A stretch of DNA of 64,000 nt from an uncultured Candidatus Binatia bacterium (lineage in GTDB: Bacteria > Desulfobacterota > Binatia > UBA9968 > JAJDTQ01), in the NCBI GenBank assembly GCA_965215605.1, contig OZ244070.1:3328001-3392000 (forward strand), in the 5' to 3' direction. The position numbers were made by a program, and so were the translations under genes. Positions 17,039-28,635 of this stretch are shown here, in pieces. How positions within the stretch are numbered: the stretch's first letter is position 1; the number at the start of each line of letters is the position of its first letter. The notes below the pieces were generated by a model that saw only the letters and a program-made list of their open reading frames with translations, searched no databases and was not told the origin of the DNA.

Positions 17039-20017
17039 ATGAGTCGAAAAATTCTGACCGCGGTCCTGACCGTCTCAATCGCCATGGCCGCGTCCGCACT
17101 CTTCGCCCCGGCGGGCTTCGGCCAGACGCCGCCCGGAGCGGCAGACCCGGCGGGGCTCCCGCGGACGGACCCGTCCGTGGAGGGGCCGCCGGCTCGCCAG
17201 GAGACCCGGCCCGCCGAGGATCCTCAACGCGCGCCGGACCCTCGGCCCGCGCGGACACCGCCCGCCGCGGATGAACCCGCCGCTGCCGGCCCGCCCGCGC
17301 CACGCCCCGCGCCGGACACCGCCGTAAGCATCGACTTCGAGGAAGAGGTGCTCAACGACCGCATCGCGATTCTCGAGCGGCGCCTGACCGAGACCCTGTC
17401 ACGGGTCGAAAGCCTGCTCATGACCCTCGAGCTCGATGTGCTGAAGGTGCAGAAGGACACCCTGGCGCGCCGCCGGGAGTTGACGAGCGTGAGCAGGGAG
17501 CTTTCGGAGCAGGAACGCCTCACGGCCCAGGATATCCGCAACAAGGAACGTCTCGTCGACCTGGTGGAGCGCTACGGCGCGGGGGACTGGGTGGCGCGCC
17601 ACATCAAGGTGGAGCTCGAGAAGTTCCGCCACCGGGCGCAACGGAATCCCGGGCTGTCCGCCGATCAGGAGCCGTTGGGCCGGCGCCTTCGCGAGTACCG
17701 GCAGACACTGTTCGAGCTGGGCACGCGGCTGTTCCGGGTGGATGCCGAAGCCGGGGACTACGCCCGGGCGCTCGCCGCGAACGGGCAGCCGTCGCCGGCG
17801 GTGAGATCCCGCCTCGACCGCCTCATCGAGGATCGCAAGGAGGCGCTGCAGGCCCAGGAGCGCGTGCTCTCGGAGTTGGCGGACCGCGCCGCCCGCTTGC
17901 TGGATCTCAAGCGTCGGCGTGAAGATCAGTTGCAGAGCCTGTACACGCTGGTCCTGGACCGGATGCTGTGGCTGCGGAACCGCGAACCCCTGGGGCTGTT
18001 CCCGCCCAACTGGGCGCTCGTCGGCCAGGCGGTGGACGGCGGCGTCGGTCTGCTGGGGCGTGTCTACGGGTGGCTTCTTCGGGAACGGCAAATGGCCGAG
18101 ATCCGGTTCACCGGCTCGTCCTGGCCGTGGGCCGCGGCCGCGCTGGTCTTCGGCCTGATGCCGTGGTTGGCCGCGAGGGCGGGCTGGTTCCTCCGGGAGC
18201 GGCTTGCCCGCCACCGTGCGCGCGGGCTCGAGGTGCCGGCGCATCGGGTGGCGTTGCTGCTGGCCGTCCAGGCCGCGGTATGGCCCGTCTACATCGTCCT
18301 CGCGGTCCTGGCCCTGCCGCAGTTGGGGCTGTCCCAGAACGACTCCCTCGGTCCGGCGCTGGCCGGCGCCTTGCAATTCGCCGCGCTGGTCTTGTGGGCG
18401 GGACTCTTCGGCGATGGGGTCTTCCGTCCGGACGGCCATGGCGAGCGCCGCTGGGGCATGGCTCCGGAAGCCGGTCGATGGCTTCGGGGAGCGGTCCTGG
18501 CGCTATCCGTCGCCGCGTTCGTGCTGCTGATACCGCGTTACGTGCTGCTCAACGCTCCCGGAGAGGACGTGGGGGCGAGCCTGGCGCTGGCGCGTCTCCT
18601 GATGATCGCCTTCGCCCTGGTGGTGCTGGCGCTGGCGGCGGTGGGATGCAGCCGGAGAAGCGCGGTCATGGGGTCGGCCCTCCGCGCCAGCCGTTCGCAG
18701 GACGGCTTCCTGTGGTCGGTGTGGCCCTTGGCGCATCTGGTGGTGGTGGCGGTGCTCGCCGGCATCATCGCCCTGAATTTCGCCGGCTATCAGTACGCGT
18801 CGCAGTTCGTCTGGCAGAGGATCATGGGAACCGGACTCCTGGCCCTCGCGGTGCTGTTGGTGTCCTTCTATGTGAAGGGCGCGGTCCGTGCGGTGTGGCA
18901 AAAGGCGGCGGCGAGGCTGGGCGCTCCGGAAGCGAGGGAGGACGCCGCCGGCCCCGCGCGCGGCGCCCTGTTGCGGGTGCTGGTGGACCTGCCGCTGTGG
19001 CTTCTGGCCGCGGCCGTGTTGCTGGAGATCTGGGGCGTCTCGGTGGCGGAGTTTCTCGGCACCCCCGCGGGCGCCACGGTGCTGGCGAGGGGGGCGTTGA
19101 TCGTGCTGGTGGTGGCGGTCGGCGTGGCCGTGGTGCGGCTCAGCAACGCCACCGTGCAGTCGCTCCTGCGCCCCAGGGTCCTGGACCGGGTGGGCAGCCC
19201 GGAGGCGGGGAGAAAGCTCCAGACCCTTGCGCCGCTGGCGCAAACGGCGGTCAAGCTGATGGTGTTCCTGCTGGGCCTTCTCCTGATCCTGCAACTTGCC
19301 GGCATCGAGGTGGGTCCGCTGCTGGCGGGCATCGGGATATTCGGATTGGCGGTGGGTTTCGCCGCCCAGTCCCTTATCAAGGACATCATCAACGGCCTTT
19401 TCATCCTCACCGAGGGCAGCGTGGGCGCCGGCGACGTGGTGGATGTCGGCGGAGTCACCGGCACGGTGGAGAAGGTTACCCTGCGGTCCGTGCGCATCCG
19501 CGACCTGAGCGGCAACGTGCACTTCGTGCCCAACAGCACCATCGAGCACGTGGAGAACAAGACCAAGGACTACTCCCGCTACCTGATGGACGTGGGAGTG
19601 GGCTATCGCGAGGACACCGACGAGGTGGTGGCGGTGATGAGGGAAGTGGACGAGGCCATGCGCCAGGAGCCGCAGTATCGCCGGGACATGCTGGAGCCCA
19701 TCGAGATCATGGGCGTGGACCGGTTCGAGGATTCCGCGGTGATCGTGCGCGCGCGGCTCAAGACCCGGCCGGTGCAGCAGTGGCGGATCGGCCGCGAGTA
19801 CAACCGGCGTCTCAAGAAGGCGTTCGACGAGCGCAACATCGAGATACCCTTCCCGCACCGCACCGTCTACTGGGGCGAGACCAAGCAGGGGCAGCCGCCG
19901 CTGCAGGTGGAGACCCGGCGCGGTGAGGTTGTTACGGAGGCCGGCGCAACGGACGCGCCCGAGACGGGAAACAAGGAGGAGACCCTTGGCACGAAGCAGC
20001 TCAAGACTGAGCCTTGA
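17039..20017 (+). CDS. Large MscS-family mechanosensitive channel (MscK/YbiO-like architecture)
   Basis: Signal peptide, Pro-rich linker, coiled coil, multiple TM helices and the MscS core (GLAVGFAAQSLIKDIING...GDVV...GTVEKVTLR...VPNS). Confidence 0.9.
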   Translation: MSRKILTAVLTVSIAMAASALFAPAGFGQTPPGAADPAGLPRTDPSVEGPPARQETRPAEDPQRAPDPRPARTPPAADEPAAAGPPAPRPAPDTAVSIDFEEEVLNDRIAILERRLTETLSRVESLLMTLELDVLKVQKDTLARRRELTSVSRELSEQERLTAQDIRNKERLVDLVERYGAGDWVARHIKVELEKFRHRAQRNPGLSADQEPLGRRLREYRQTLFELGTRLFRVDAEAGDYARALAANGQPSPAVRSRLDRLIEDRKEALQAQERVLSELADRAARLLDLKRRREDQLQSLYTLVLDRMLWLRNREPLGLFPPNWALVGQAVDGGVGLLGRVYGWLLRERQMAEIRFTGSSWPWAAAALVFGLMPWLAARAGWFLRERLARHRARGLEVPAHRVALLLAVQAAVWPVYIVLAVLALPQLGLSQNDSLGPALAGALQFAALVLWAGLFGDGVFRPDGHGERRWGMAPEAGRWLRGAVLALSVAAFVLLIPRYVLLNAPGEDVGASLALARLLMIAFALVVLALAAVGCSRRSAVMGSALRASRSQDGFLWSVWPLAHLVVVAVLAGIIALNFAGYQYASQFVWQRIMGTGLLALAVLLVSFYVKGAVRAVWQKAAARLGAPEAREDAAGPARGALLRVLVDLPLWLLAAAVLLEIWGVSVAEFLGTPAGATVLARGALIVLVVAVGVAVVRLSNATVQSLLRPRVLDRVGSPEAGRKLQTLAPLAQTAVKLMVFLLGLLLILQLAGIEVGPLLAGIGIFGLAVGFAAQSLIKDIINGLFILTEGSVGAGDVVDVGGVTGTVEKVTLRSVRIRDLSGNVHFVPNSTIEHVENKTKDYSRYLMDVGVGYREDTDEVVAVMREVDEAMRQEPQYRRDMLEPIEIMGVDRFEDSAVIVRARLKTRPVQQWRIGREYNRRLKKAFDERNIEIPFPHRTVYWGETKQGQPPLQVETRRGEVVTEAGATDAPETGNKEETLGTKQLKTEP

Positions 20018-20423
20018 ACAGGCAACGATCATCGTCGACGAAACCCTGGCCCAGGCCCGCAAGCTGGACCTCAGGCCCATGGCCGTCGCCGTGCTCGACG
20101 ACGGCGGTCACTTGAAGGCTTTCAAGCGCGAGGACGGCGCCAGCATCCTGCGTCCCCAGATCGCCATCGGCAAGGCCTGGGGCTCCCTGGGCATGGGCGG
20201 CTCCAGCCGCTCCATCGCCGACCGCCTCAACGAGCGCCCGACGTTCCTCGCGGCCCTCACCGCGCTGGCCGACGGCAAGGTCGTTCCCGCCGCCGGCGGT
20301 CTGTTGATCCGTGACGGCGACGACGTCGTGGGGGCCGTGGGCGTCAGCGGTGGCAGCTCCGACGAGGACGAGGACATCGCCAGGGCGGGGGTGGCCGCGG
20401 CGGGGCTGGACTGCTTCGACTGA
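19986..20423 (+). CDS. GlcG/HbpS family heme-binding protein
   Basis: AVAVLDDGGHL...REDG, IAIGKA, GG..I...G..VGAVGVSG...DEDIA. TTG start after GGAGG, overlapping the mscS 3' end. Confidence 0.85.
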   Translation: MARSSSRLSLEQATIIVDETLAQARKLDLRPMAVAVLDDGGHLKAFKREDGASILRPQIAIGKAWGSLGMGGSSRSIADRLNERPTFLAALTALADGKVVPAAGGLLIRDGDDVVGAVGVSGGSSDEDEDIARAGVAAAGLDCFD

Positions 20424-20526
20424 CGCGGCACTCTCCACGGGGCCTTCGCCCCGCCGACCCTGGACGCTCGGAGGTCTATTGTCTATATTGAGGGGCTCAC
20501 CACACACAGTTCAGGAGGCACTTTCT

Positions 20527-21723
20527 ATGGCTGACAACGGTAAAGAGAAATGGCAGGAGCCCACGGGCGAGATGCAGAAGGCGGGTTACGGGAAGTTTCT
20601 TCGGCCCAACACCCCTTATGACACCTTCATGGAAGAGCAGGAGATCCCCATTTACCGGGACATCGGCGTGGAGAAGGTCCAGAACCTGCCCAGGAAGATG
20701 TGGAAGCATCTGGGCGGAAACGCCAGCTTCATCCAGCTCCTGGGGACCGAAGGGCTGTGGGGTTCCTACGTGGTGGAGGTTCCCGGCGCCGGGGCCCTCA
20801 ATGCCGAGAAGCACCTGTACGAGGAGCAGTATTTCGTGGTCGAGGGCCGCGGCACCACGGAGGTCTGGGCGGAGGGTAGTGACAAGAAGCACACCTTCGA
20901 GTGGCAGCAGGGTTCGCTGTTCGCCATCCCGATGAACGCCACGCACCGGATCGTCAACGCCACCTCCAGCCCGGCGCTGCTGCTGGCCGGCACCACCGCG
21001 CCCAACATCATGAACCTGTTCAACAACACGGACTTCATCTTCAACTGTCCTTACACCTTCACCGACCGCTACGAGGAGACCGAAGACTACTACAAGCCCA
21101 ACGAAGAGATCGAGCCGGATCCGGTGCGCGGGCTGGCCATGCGCCAGACCAACATCATCCCGGACATCGTCACCTGCGAGCTGCCGCTGGACAACCGCCG
21201 CTCGCCCGGCTACCGCCGCATCGAGCCCCACATGGTGGGCAACAGCTTCTACCTCTGGATCGGCCAGCACGAGACCGGCCGCTACTCCAAGGCCCACGCC
21301 CACGGCTCCGCCGCGGTGCTCATCTGCGTCAAGGGCAAGGGCTACACCTACACCTGGCCCTCCACCCTGGGCCCCACGCCGTGGAAGGACGGCAAGGCGG
21401 AAGGGGTGCGGCGGCAGGACTACGAGCCCGTCGGCATGGTGAGCGCGGCCCCCATGGGCGGCAACTGGTTCCATGCCCACTTCGGCGTGAGCGCGGAGCC
21501 GTTGCGCCTGTCGGCGTGGTTCGGCCCCAACGCCCCCGGACGCGAGCGTGGCCGGCCGGGTGAGAAGGCCATCGACTACGGCGCCATCGAGATCAAGGAC
21601 GGCGGCACCGCCATCGCCTATCGGGACGAGGATCCGTTCCTGCGCAAGGAGTTCGAAGAGACTCTGGCCAAGGAGGGGATGAAGTCCAAGATGCCCGGCG
21701 AGATCTATCAGCCGGAAGCGTAG
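20527..21723 (+). CDS. Bicupin-domain protein
   Basis: Two cupin motifs (EKHLYEE...GRG...PMNATH; AHAH...GKGYT...WFHAHF); RBS GGAGG. Confidence 0.85.
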   Translation: MADNGKEKWQEPTGEMQKAGYGKFLRPNTPYDTFMEEQEIPIYRDIGVEKVQNLPRKMWKHLGGNASFIQLLGTEGLWGSYVVEVPGAGALNAEKHLYEEQYFVVEGRGTTEVWAEGSDKKHTFEWQQGSLFAIPMNATHRIVNATSSPALLLAGTTAPNIMNLFNNTDFIFNCPYTFTDRYEETEDYYKPNEEIEPDPVRGLAMRQTNIIPDIVTCELPLDNRRSPGYRRIEPHMVGNSFYLWIGQHETGRYSKAHAHGSAAVLICVKGKGYTYTWPSTLGPTPWKDGKAEGVRRQDYEPVGMVSAAPMGGNWFHAHFGVSAEPLRLSAWFGPNAPGRERGRPGEKAIDYGAIEIKDGGTAIAYRDEDPFLRKEFEETLAKEGMKSKMPGEIYQPEA

Positions 21724-21732
21724 GGACCTCTC

Positions 21733-23229
21733 GTGGCGGACGCAGGATCGCTCGGTTTCACCGGTTCCGGCAGACACATCGTTGATGAAGACGAGATCAA
21801 GCTCACCAGCGTGGGCGTGGACATCGGTTCGTCCACCTCCCACCTGGTGTTCTCGCGACTCGAGCTGAGTCAGGAAGGCACCCGTTACATCGTCAAGAAG
21901 CGGACGGTGCTGAGCGAATCGGAGATTCTGCTCACCCCCTACACCGATGATCTGACCATCGACGTGGAGCGCCTGGGGCACTTCATCAACGAACAGTACG
22001 GGCATGCGCAACTCAAGCGGGAGGACGTCGACACCGGCGCGCTGATCCTGACCGGCGTGGCGGTGCGCCGGCGCAACTCACGGGCCATCGCCGAGTTGTT
22101 CGCCGAAGAGGCGGGCCGGTTCGTATCGGTCACCGCCGGCGACGGGCTGGAGACCACCATGGCGGCCCACGGCTCCGGGGCGGTGGCCCGCTCCGGCCGG
22201 GAAGACGCGGTGGTGCTGAACATCGACGTTGGCGGCGGCACCAGCAAGATCGCGGTGTGCGCGGGCGGCAAGGTGCGCGAGGTCACGGCCATCGACGTGG
22301 GCGCCCGGCTCCTGGCCATGGACGGAGGCAATGCCGTGGTGCGGGTCGAAGAGGCCGGCCGGCGCCACGGCGGCGCGGTGGGCGTCGACCTGGAACTGGG
22401 CCAGCTCATGAACGAGGACACGCTCCAGGCCATCGCTTCGGAGATGGCCGACCGCCTGTTCGAGGTGGTCAACCAGCAGGATCTCACCGAGGAGACTCGC
22501 GATCTGCTGCGGCTGCCGCCGCTTTCGTACCGGGGCAAGATCGACGCGGTGACCTTTTCCGGCGGCGTCTCCGAGTTCATCTACGGTCACGCCGGCAACG
22601 GTTTCGGCGACATGGGAGCGATGCTGGGCCGGGAGATCCGCCAGCGGGTGGAAGGCCTGGGCGTTCCGATTCTGGAGCCCTCGGCGCGCATCCGCGCCAC
22701 CGTCATCGGCGCGTCCCAGTACACCATCCAGGTCAGCGGCAGCACCATCTTCATTTCGCCGCCGGACGCGGTGCCGGTCAGGAACGTTCCGGTGATCAGC
22801 ATCGACTTCCGGTGGGACGACGACATCGACCCCGCCAAGGTCATCGCCGCCATCGACAACGCGCTGCGGCGGTTGGACCTGCAAACGGGCCGCCAGCCGG
22901 TGGCGCTGGCGTTCCACTGGCAGGGGTCGGCCACCTTTGCCCGCCTGCAGGCCTTCTGCGGCGCCGTGGTGGAGGGCCTGAAGCCGGTGCTCGACAAGGG
23001 CCATCCGCTTATCCTGGTGAACGACGGCGACATCGGCGGCATCCTGGGGCTTCACTTCAAGGAGGAGATCAAGCTCGACAAGCCCATCATCTCGGTGGAC
23101 GGCATCGTGCTGCAGGAGTTCGACTACATCGACGTGGGCGCGCTGATCCCTTCCTCGGGGGCGGTGCCCGTGGTCATCAAATCCCTCGTCTTTCCCGGCG
23201 CGGAGCAGAACGCGGCCATCCGGCAGTAG
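21733..23229 (+). CDS. eutA: EutA-family reactivating ATPase (actin-like fold)
   Basis: [55 protein letters not shown] and C-terminal [10 protein letters not shown]. Confidence 0.85.
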   Translation: MADAGSLGFTGSGRHIVDEDEIKLTSVGVDIGSSTSHLVFSRLELSQEGTRYIVKKRTVLSESEILLTPYTDDLTIDVERLGHFINEQYGHAQLKREDVDTGALILTGVAVRRRNSRAIAELFAEEAGRFVSVTAGDGLETTMAAHGSGAVARSGREDAVVLNIDVGGGTSKIAVCAGGKVREVTAIDVGARLLAMDGGNAVVRVEEAGRRHGGAVGVDLELGQLMNEDTLQAIASEMADRLFEVVNQQDLTEETRDLLRLPPLSYRGKIDAVTFSGGVSEFIYGHAGNGFGDMGAMLGREIRQRVEGLGVPILEPSARIRATVIGASQYTIQVSGSTIFISPPDAVPVRNVPVISIDFRWDDDIDPAKVIAAIDNALRRLDLQTGRQPVALAFHWQGSATFARLQAFCGAVVEGLKPVLDKGHPLILVNDGDIGGILGLHFKEEIKLDKPIISVDGIVLQEFDYIDVGALIPSSGAVPVVIKSLVFPGAEQNAAIRQ

Positions 23230-23282
23230 GCCATGGATCGCGGAGCTTGAGCCGGCGCCTCGTTGGGAGTAGAGGACGAGTC

Positions 23283-24656
<1,374 letters not shown>

Positions 24657-24721
24657 CTCCTCGGCCACACCAACGCATCCCCGCCCGTGGCAGGCGCCCG
24701 CCGGATCAATGGAACGGCCGG

Positions 24722-25144
24722 CTACCAGGCGAAGTTCCCGTCGTCGTCGAGCGGCGAGAAGGGATTCCAGGCGACTTCCCACAGATGTCCGTCAGGATCC
24801 TTGAAGTAGCCCGAGTGGCCGCCCCAGAAGACATCCTGCGCCGCCTTGACGATCATTCCGCCGGCGCGTTCCGCTTCGTCGAGCACCGTGGCGACGTCCT
24901 CGCGCGCGCGGACATTGTAGGCCAGGGTCACCGCACCGGTGGCGGCGCCGTCGCCCTGAAGTCCGATGTCCTCGGCGAGTCTGTCGCGGGGATAGAGGGC
25001 AAAACCGACTCCGTTGAGCGTGAAGCAGACGATGGACTCGGCGTTTTCTTCGCTGGCGACATGCCAGCCGAGCGACTCGTAGAATGCCCGGGCGCGCGGC
25101 AGGTCGCCGACGCCCAGGGTGACGATGCTGATGCGTTGGTCCAT
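24722..25144 (-). CDS. VOC/glyoxalase family protein
   Basis: RISIVTLGV.DL..ARAFYE.LGW...FWGGHSGYFKDPDGHLWEVAWNP. Confidence 0.9.
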   Translation of the reverse strand: MDQRISIVTLGVGDLPRARAFYESLGWHVASEENAESIVCFTLNGVGFALYPRDRLAEDIGLQGDGAATGAVTLAYNVRAREDVATVLDEAERAGGMIVKAAQDVFWGGHSGYFKDPDGHLWEVAWNPFSPLDDDGNFAW

Positions 25145-25218
25145 GAGGTGTCCTCCTTGGGGCCGGCTTGGCCGGGAAGCCCAGGCGGTTCCTGCGCAAC
25201 GGGCGCCCGGACAGGAAA

Positions 25219-27003
25219 TCAGGCTTCCGGCGCGAACTGCAGCGAGGCCAGCCGGGCGTAGAGGCCGCCGCCGCTCATCAGCTCCTCGTGGGTGCCGGTG
25301 GCGACGATGCAGCCCCGGTCGATGACCACGATGCGGTCGGCCTTGAGCACGGTGGCGAGGCGGTGGGCGATGATGAGGGTGGTGCGGTCGGTCATGAGGC
25401 GTTCGAGGGCCTCGTGCACCAGGTGCTCGCTCTCGGCGTCCAGGGAGCTTGTGGCCTCGTCCAGCAGCATCACCGCGGGGTCCCGGAGAATCGCCCGGGC
25501 GATGGCGATGCGCTGGCGCTGGCCGATGGAAAGACGCAGGCCTTTCTCGCCCAGGAACGTGTCGTAGTGTTCGGGCAGGCTCTGGATGAACTCGTCGGCG
25601 AATGCGGCGCGGGCGGCGTCCACCACCTCCGCGTCGGTGGCGGCGGGTCGCCCGTAGCGGATGTTCTCCCGCGCGTTGGCGGAGAAGATGACCGTTTCTT
25701 GAGGCACCAGACCGATGCGGCCGCGCACGGCCTGGGGGTCCGCCTCCCGCAGGTCGATGCCGTCCAGCCGTATGGAGCCTCTTGCGGGATCGTAGAAGCG
25801 CAGCAGCAGCTTGAATACGGTGCTCTTGCCTGCCCCCGACGGTCCCGCCAGAGCCACGGTTTCTCCTGGTTGGACGGCAAGGGAGAACTCATCCAGGGCG
25901 TGTTCGGCGGGGCGGGAAGGATACTGGAACGTGACCGCATCCAGCACCAGGCTGCCGCGCGGCGGTTCCGGTAAAGGCACGGGAGCCGCCGGCGCGGTGA
26001 CGGCCGGTTTCGCCTCCAGCAACTCCATCAACCGCTCCGTGGCCCCGGCCGCCCGCTGTACCTCACCCCAGACCTGGCTCAGGCTGGCGGCCGAACCCGC
26101 CACGAAGATGGCGTAGAACACGAACTGGACCAGCACGCCGGGAGACATGCGGCCCCCCAGCACCGCCTCCGTTCCCAGCCACAGCACTCCCGTGACGCCG
26201 CCGAACATGAGCGTGATTACCAGGAAAATGAGCAGCGCCCGGTTGCGGACACGCACCAGGGCGGCCCGGTAGGCGGCCTCGGCGGCGGCGTCGAACCGTT
26301 CCGTCTCGGTGCCTTCCTGCGTGAAGGCCTGCACCGTCTCCACGGCGTCGATGTTCTCTCCCGCCAGCGCGCTGGTGTCCGCGATCCGATCCTGGCTGAT
26401 CCGGGAAAGTCGGCGCACCCGGCGTCCCAGCACCAGTATCGGCAGCAACACCAGCGGGATCAGCACCAGCACCGCGCCCATGAGCGACGGACTGGTGACG
26501 ATGAGCATCACGAAGCCGCCTACGAACAGCAGCAGGTTGCGCAGGGCCATGGACGCGCCGGAGCCGATGACTGTCTGGATGAGGGTGGTATCGGTGGTGA
26601 GGCGGGAGAGGATTTCGCCGGTGCGGGTGACCTCGAAAAACGTCGGGTTCATGCCCAGCACGTGGCCGTGGATATGCTTGCGAATGTCCGCTATCACGCG
26701 TTCGCCAATGCGGGCGACGAAGTAGAAACGGCTCGCGGAAGCCACCGCCAGGACGGAGATGACGCCGAGCAGCAACTGGAAGCGCTGGCCGATGAGCGCG
26801 CGGTTGTCCTCGGCGACGCCGCTCTCCAGGAGTTGCCGGGCGGCTACCGGCAGGCTCAGCGTCGCGAGGGCGGCGGCGAGCAGCGCCAGGATGGTGAGGG
26901 CCAGCAACCAGGGGTAAGGCTTCGCGTAGCGGATGAGGTGGCGCAGGGGCCGCAGGTTCCTGCTTCCTGGCCGGGAATCGGGGGGGTTGTGGGGCGCTTG
27001 CAT
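25219..27003 (-). CDS. MsbA-related ABC exporter (fused TMD + NBD)
   Basis: Six-TM N-terminal domain, GPSGAGKST, signature variant LSIGQ, LLDEATSSLD, IAHRL. Confidence 0.92.
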   Translation of the reverse strand: MQAPHNPPDSRPGSRNLRPLRHLIRYAKPYPWLLALTILALLAAALATLSLPVAARQLLESGVAEDNRALIGQRFQLLLGVISVLAVASASRFYFVARIGERVIADIRKHIHGHVLGMNPTFFEVTRTGEILSRLTTDTTLIQTVIGSGASMALRNLLLFVGGFVMLIVTSPSLMGAVLVLIPLVLLPILVLGRRVRRLSRISQDRIADTSALAGENIDAVETVQAFTQEGTETERFDAAAEAAYRAALVRVRNRALLIFLVITLMFGGVTGVLWLGTEAVLGGRMSPGVLVQFVFYAIFVAGSAASLSQVWGEVQRAAGATERLMELLEAKPAVTAPAAPVPLPEPPRGSLVLDAVTFQYPSRPAEHALDEFSLAVQPGETVALAGPSGAGKSTVFKLLLRFYDPARGSIRLDGIDLREADPQAVRGRIGLVPQETVIFSANARENIRYGRPAATDAEVVDAARAAFADEFIQSLPEHYDTFLGEKGLRLSIGQRQRIAIARAILRDPAVMLLDEATSSLDAESEHLVHEALERLMTDRTTLIIAHRLATVLKADRIVVIDRGCIVATGTHEELMSGGGLYARLASLQFAPEA

Positions 27004-27025
27004 CGGCCGCCTGTGTCAATACGAA

Positions 27026-27058
27026 AACGGGTGCCACCGCTTCACAGTGGCACCCGTT
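27026..27058 (-). terminator. Rho-independent terminator after the aldehyde dehydrogenase gene
   Basis: AACGGGTGCCAC-N9-GTGGCACCCGTT 12-bp stem followed by a T-rich tail on the - strand. Confidence 0.6.
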
Positions 27059-27079
27059 CATGGCGTCGGGTCGGCATTC

Positions 27080-28537
27080 CTATACGTTGACTATCACCAC
27101 GCCCTTGGGCTCCAGGTAGTAGTCCAGCGCCTCGGGTCCGTGCTCGCGTCCCACGCCGCTGGACTTGACGCCGCCGAAGGGCAGCTCGTCGTAGCCGTAG
27201 TGGAGCGAGTTGACCCACACGTTGCCCGCCTCGAGCCTGTCGATGGCCTTGTTGGCGTACTTCATGTTGCTGGTCCAGATGGACGACCCCAGGCCGAACT
27301 CGGAGGCGTTGGCGCGCTCGATGGCCTCGTCGATATCCTTGAAGGTGAACACGGGCAACGCCGGTCCGAAGCATTCCTCGGTGGCGATGCGGGCATCGTC
27401 CGGCACGTCCGTGAGCAGCGTCGGCAGGTAGAAGTGGCCGTTCTTGAACTCGTCGCCTTCCGGCCGGGCGCCGCCCGCCACCACCTTGGCGCCCCGCGCC
27501 CTGGCGTCCTCCACCTGCTCCTCTACCTCGGTGCGCTGGTAGTCGACGTGGAGCGGTCCCATGCGGCTTTCCTTCTTCATGCCGTCGCCCACCGCCTTCT
27601 TCTGGAGGCCCGCCGCCAGCTTGTCGACGAAGTCGTCGGCAACGGATTCGTGCACGAAGAGGCGTTTCACGCCCAGGCACATCTGGCCGCAGTTGAAGTA
27701 CCGTCCGATGTCGGCCATCTTCACCGCCATGTCGACGTTGGCGTCCTCCATGACGATCATGGGGTCGCTGCCGCCGAGTTCCAGCGTCACCCGCTTGATC
27801 TCTCTCCCGGCCACCTCCATGACGTGACGGCCGATGGGCGTGGAGCCGGTGAAGGCGATGCGGCGGATGCGGGGGTTGCTCAGGAGCTCCTCGCCCACGG
27901 AGCCGCCCGGGCCGCTGACGTAGTTCACCGTGCCCGCCGGCAAGCTCTTCTTGCCGCCGGCGTAGGTGGCTTGGCCTATCAACTCCATGCACAGCGCCGT
28001 GGCCAGCGGCGTGGTGGAGGCGGGCTTCACGATGATGGTGTTGCCGGCCGCCAGCGCCGGGCCCACCTTGGTGCCCATGAGAGTCAGCGGGAAGTTCCAC
28101 GGTACGATGGCGCCGCACACGCCAATGGGCTGGCGCACCACCATGCCGTAGGCGTTTTTCTGCGGCAGCGGCACGTGGGACCCGCGCACCTTGGATGCGA
28201 GGCCGGCGTAGAACTCCAGGCCGTGGATCAGGTGGTGGATTTCCAGGCCCGCCTCGAACAGGGTCTTGCCCTGCTCCTGGGTCAACAGCGCCGCGATGTC
28301 CTTGCTGCGCTCCTGGATCAAATCGCAGGCGCTCTCCAGCGCCTTGCCGCGATCCTCCGGGGTGGTGTCGGACCACTCCTTGAAGGCGGTCTCCGCGGCG
28401 TCCACGGCTTGCCGGACATCCTCTTCCGAGCCCTTGGCGGCGTGGTCCACCACCTGGCCGGTGGCGGGGTTGCGTACTTCGTAGGTTTCCTTCTTCACGG
28501 CGTCGACGAGCTCACCGCCGATCAACAGCTTGGACAT
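27080..28537 (-). CDS. NAD(P)-dependent aldehyde dehydrogenase
   Basis: PWNFP, FTGST, TLELGG (Glu), GQMC (Cys), EECFGP, PFGG.K.SG.GRE. Confidence 0.95.
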   Translation of the reverse strand: MSKLLIGGELVDAVKKETYEVRNPATGQVVDHAAKGSEEDVRQAVDAAETAFKEWSDTTPEDRGKALESACDLIQERSKDIAALLTQEQGKTLFEAGLEIHHLIHGLEFYAGLASKVRGSHVPLPQKNAYGMVVRQPIGVCGAIVPWNFPLTLMGTKVGPALAAGNTIIVKPASTTPLATALCMELIGQATYAGGKKSLPAGTVNYVSGPGGSVGEELLSNPRIRRIAFTGSTPIGRHVMEVAGREIKRVTLELGGSDPMIVMEDANVDMAVKMADIGRYFNCGQMCLGVKRLFVHESVADDFVDKLAAGLQKKAVGDGMKKESRMGPLHVDYQRTEVEEQVEDARARGAKVVAGGARPEGDEFKNGHFYLPTLLTDVPDDARIATEECFGPALPVFTFKDIDEAIERANASEFGLGSSIWTSNMKYANKAIDRLEAGNVWVNSLHYGYDELPFGGVKSSGVGREHGPEALDYYLEPKGVVIVNV

Positions 28538-28635
28538 TCGATACCTCCGGATTGTGAACCTGATGGGATGTTTGGCACGAAGCCCCGGCCGCGCCGCGCG
28601 ATGCGGCAGCCGGGGCCTTGAACCGTCTCTTTCGT

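Noticed and set aside
22257-23282. Long N-terminal extension of thrC (799-aa ORF), and similar extensions on the ALDH, DHH and TPR ORFs
   Set aside because: The extensions overlap upstream genes in another frame; internal starts with an RBS or a coupled overlap fit the family lengths.
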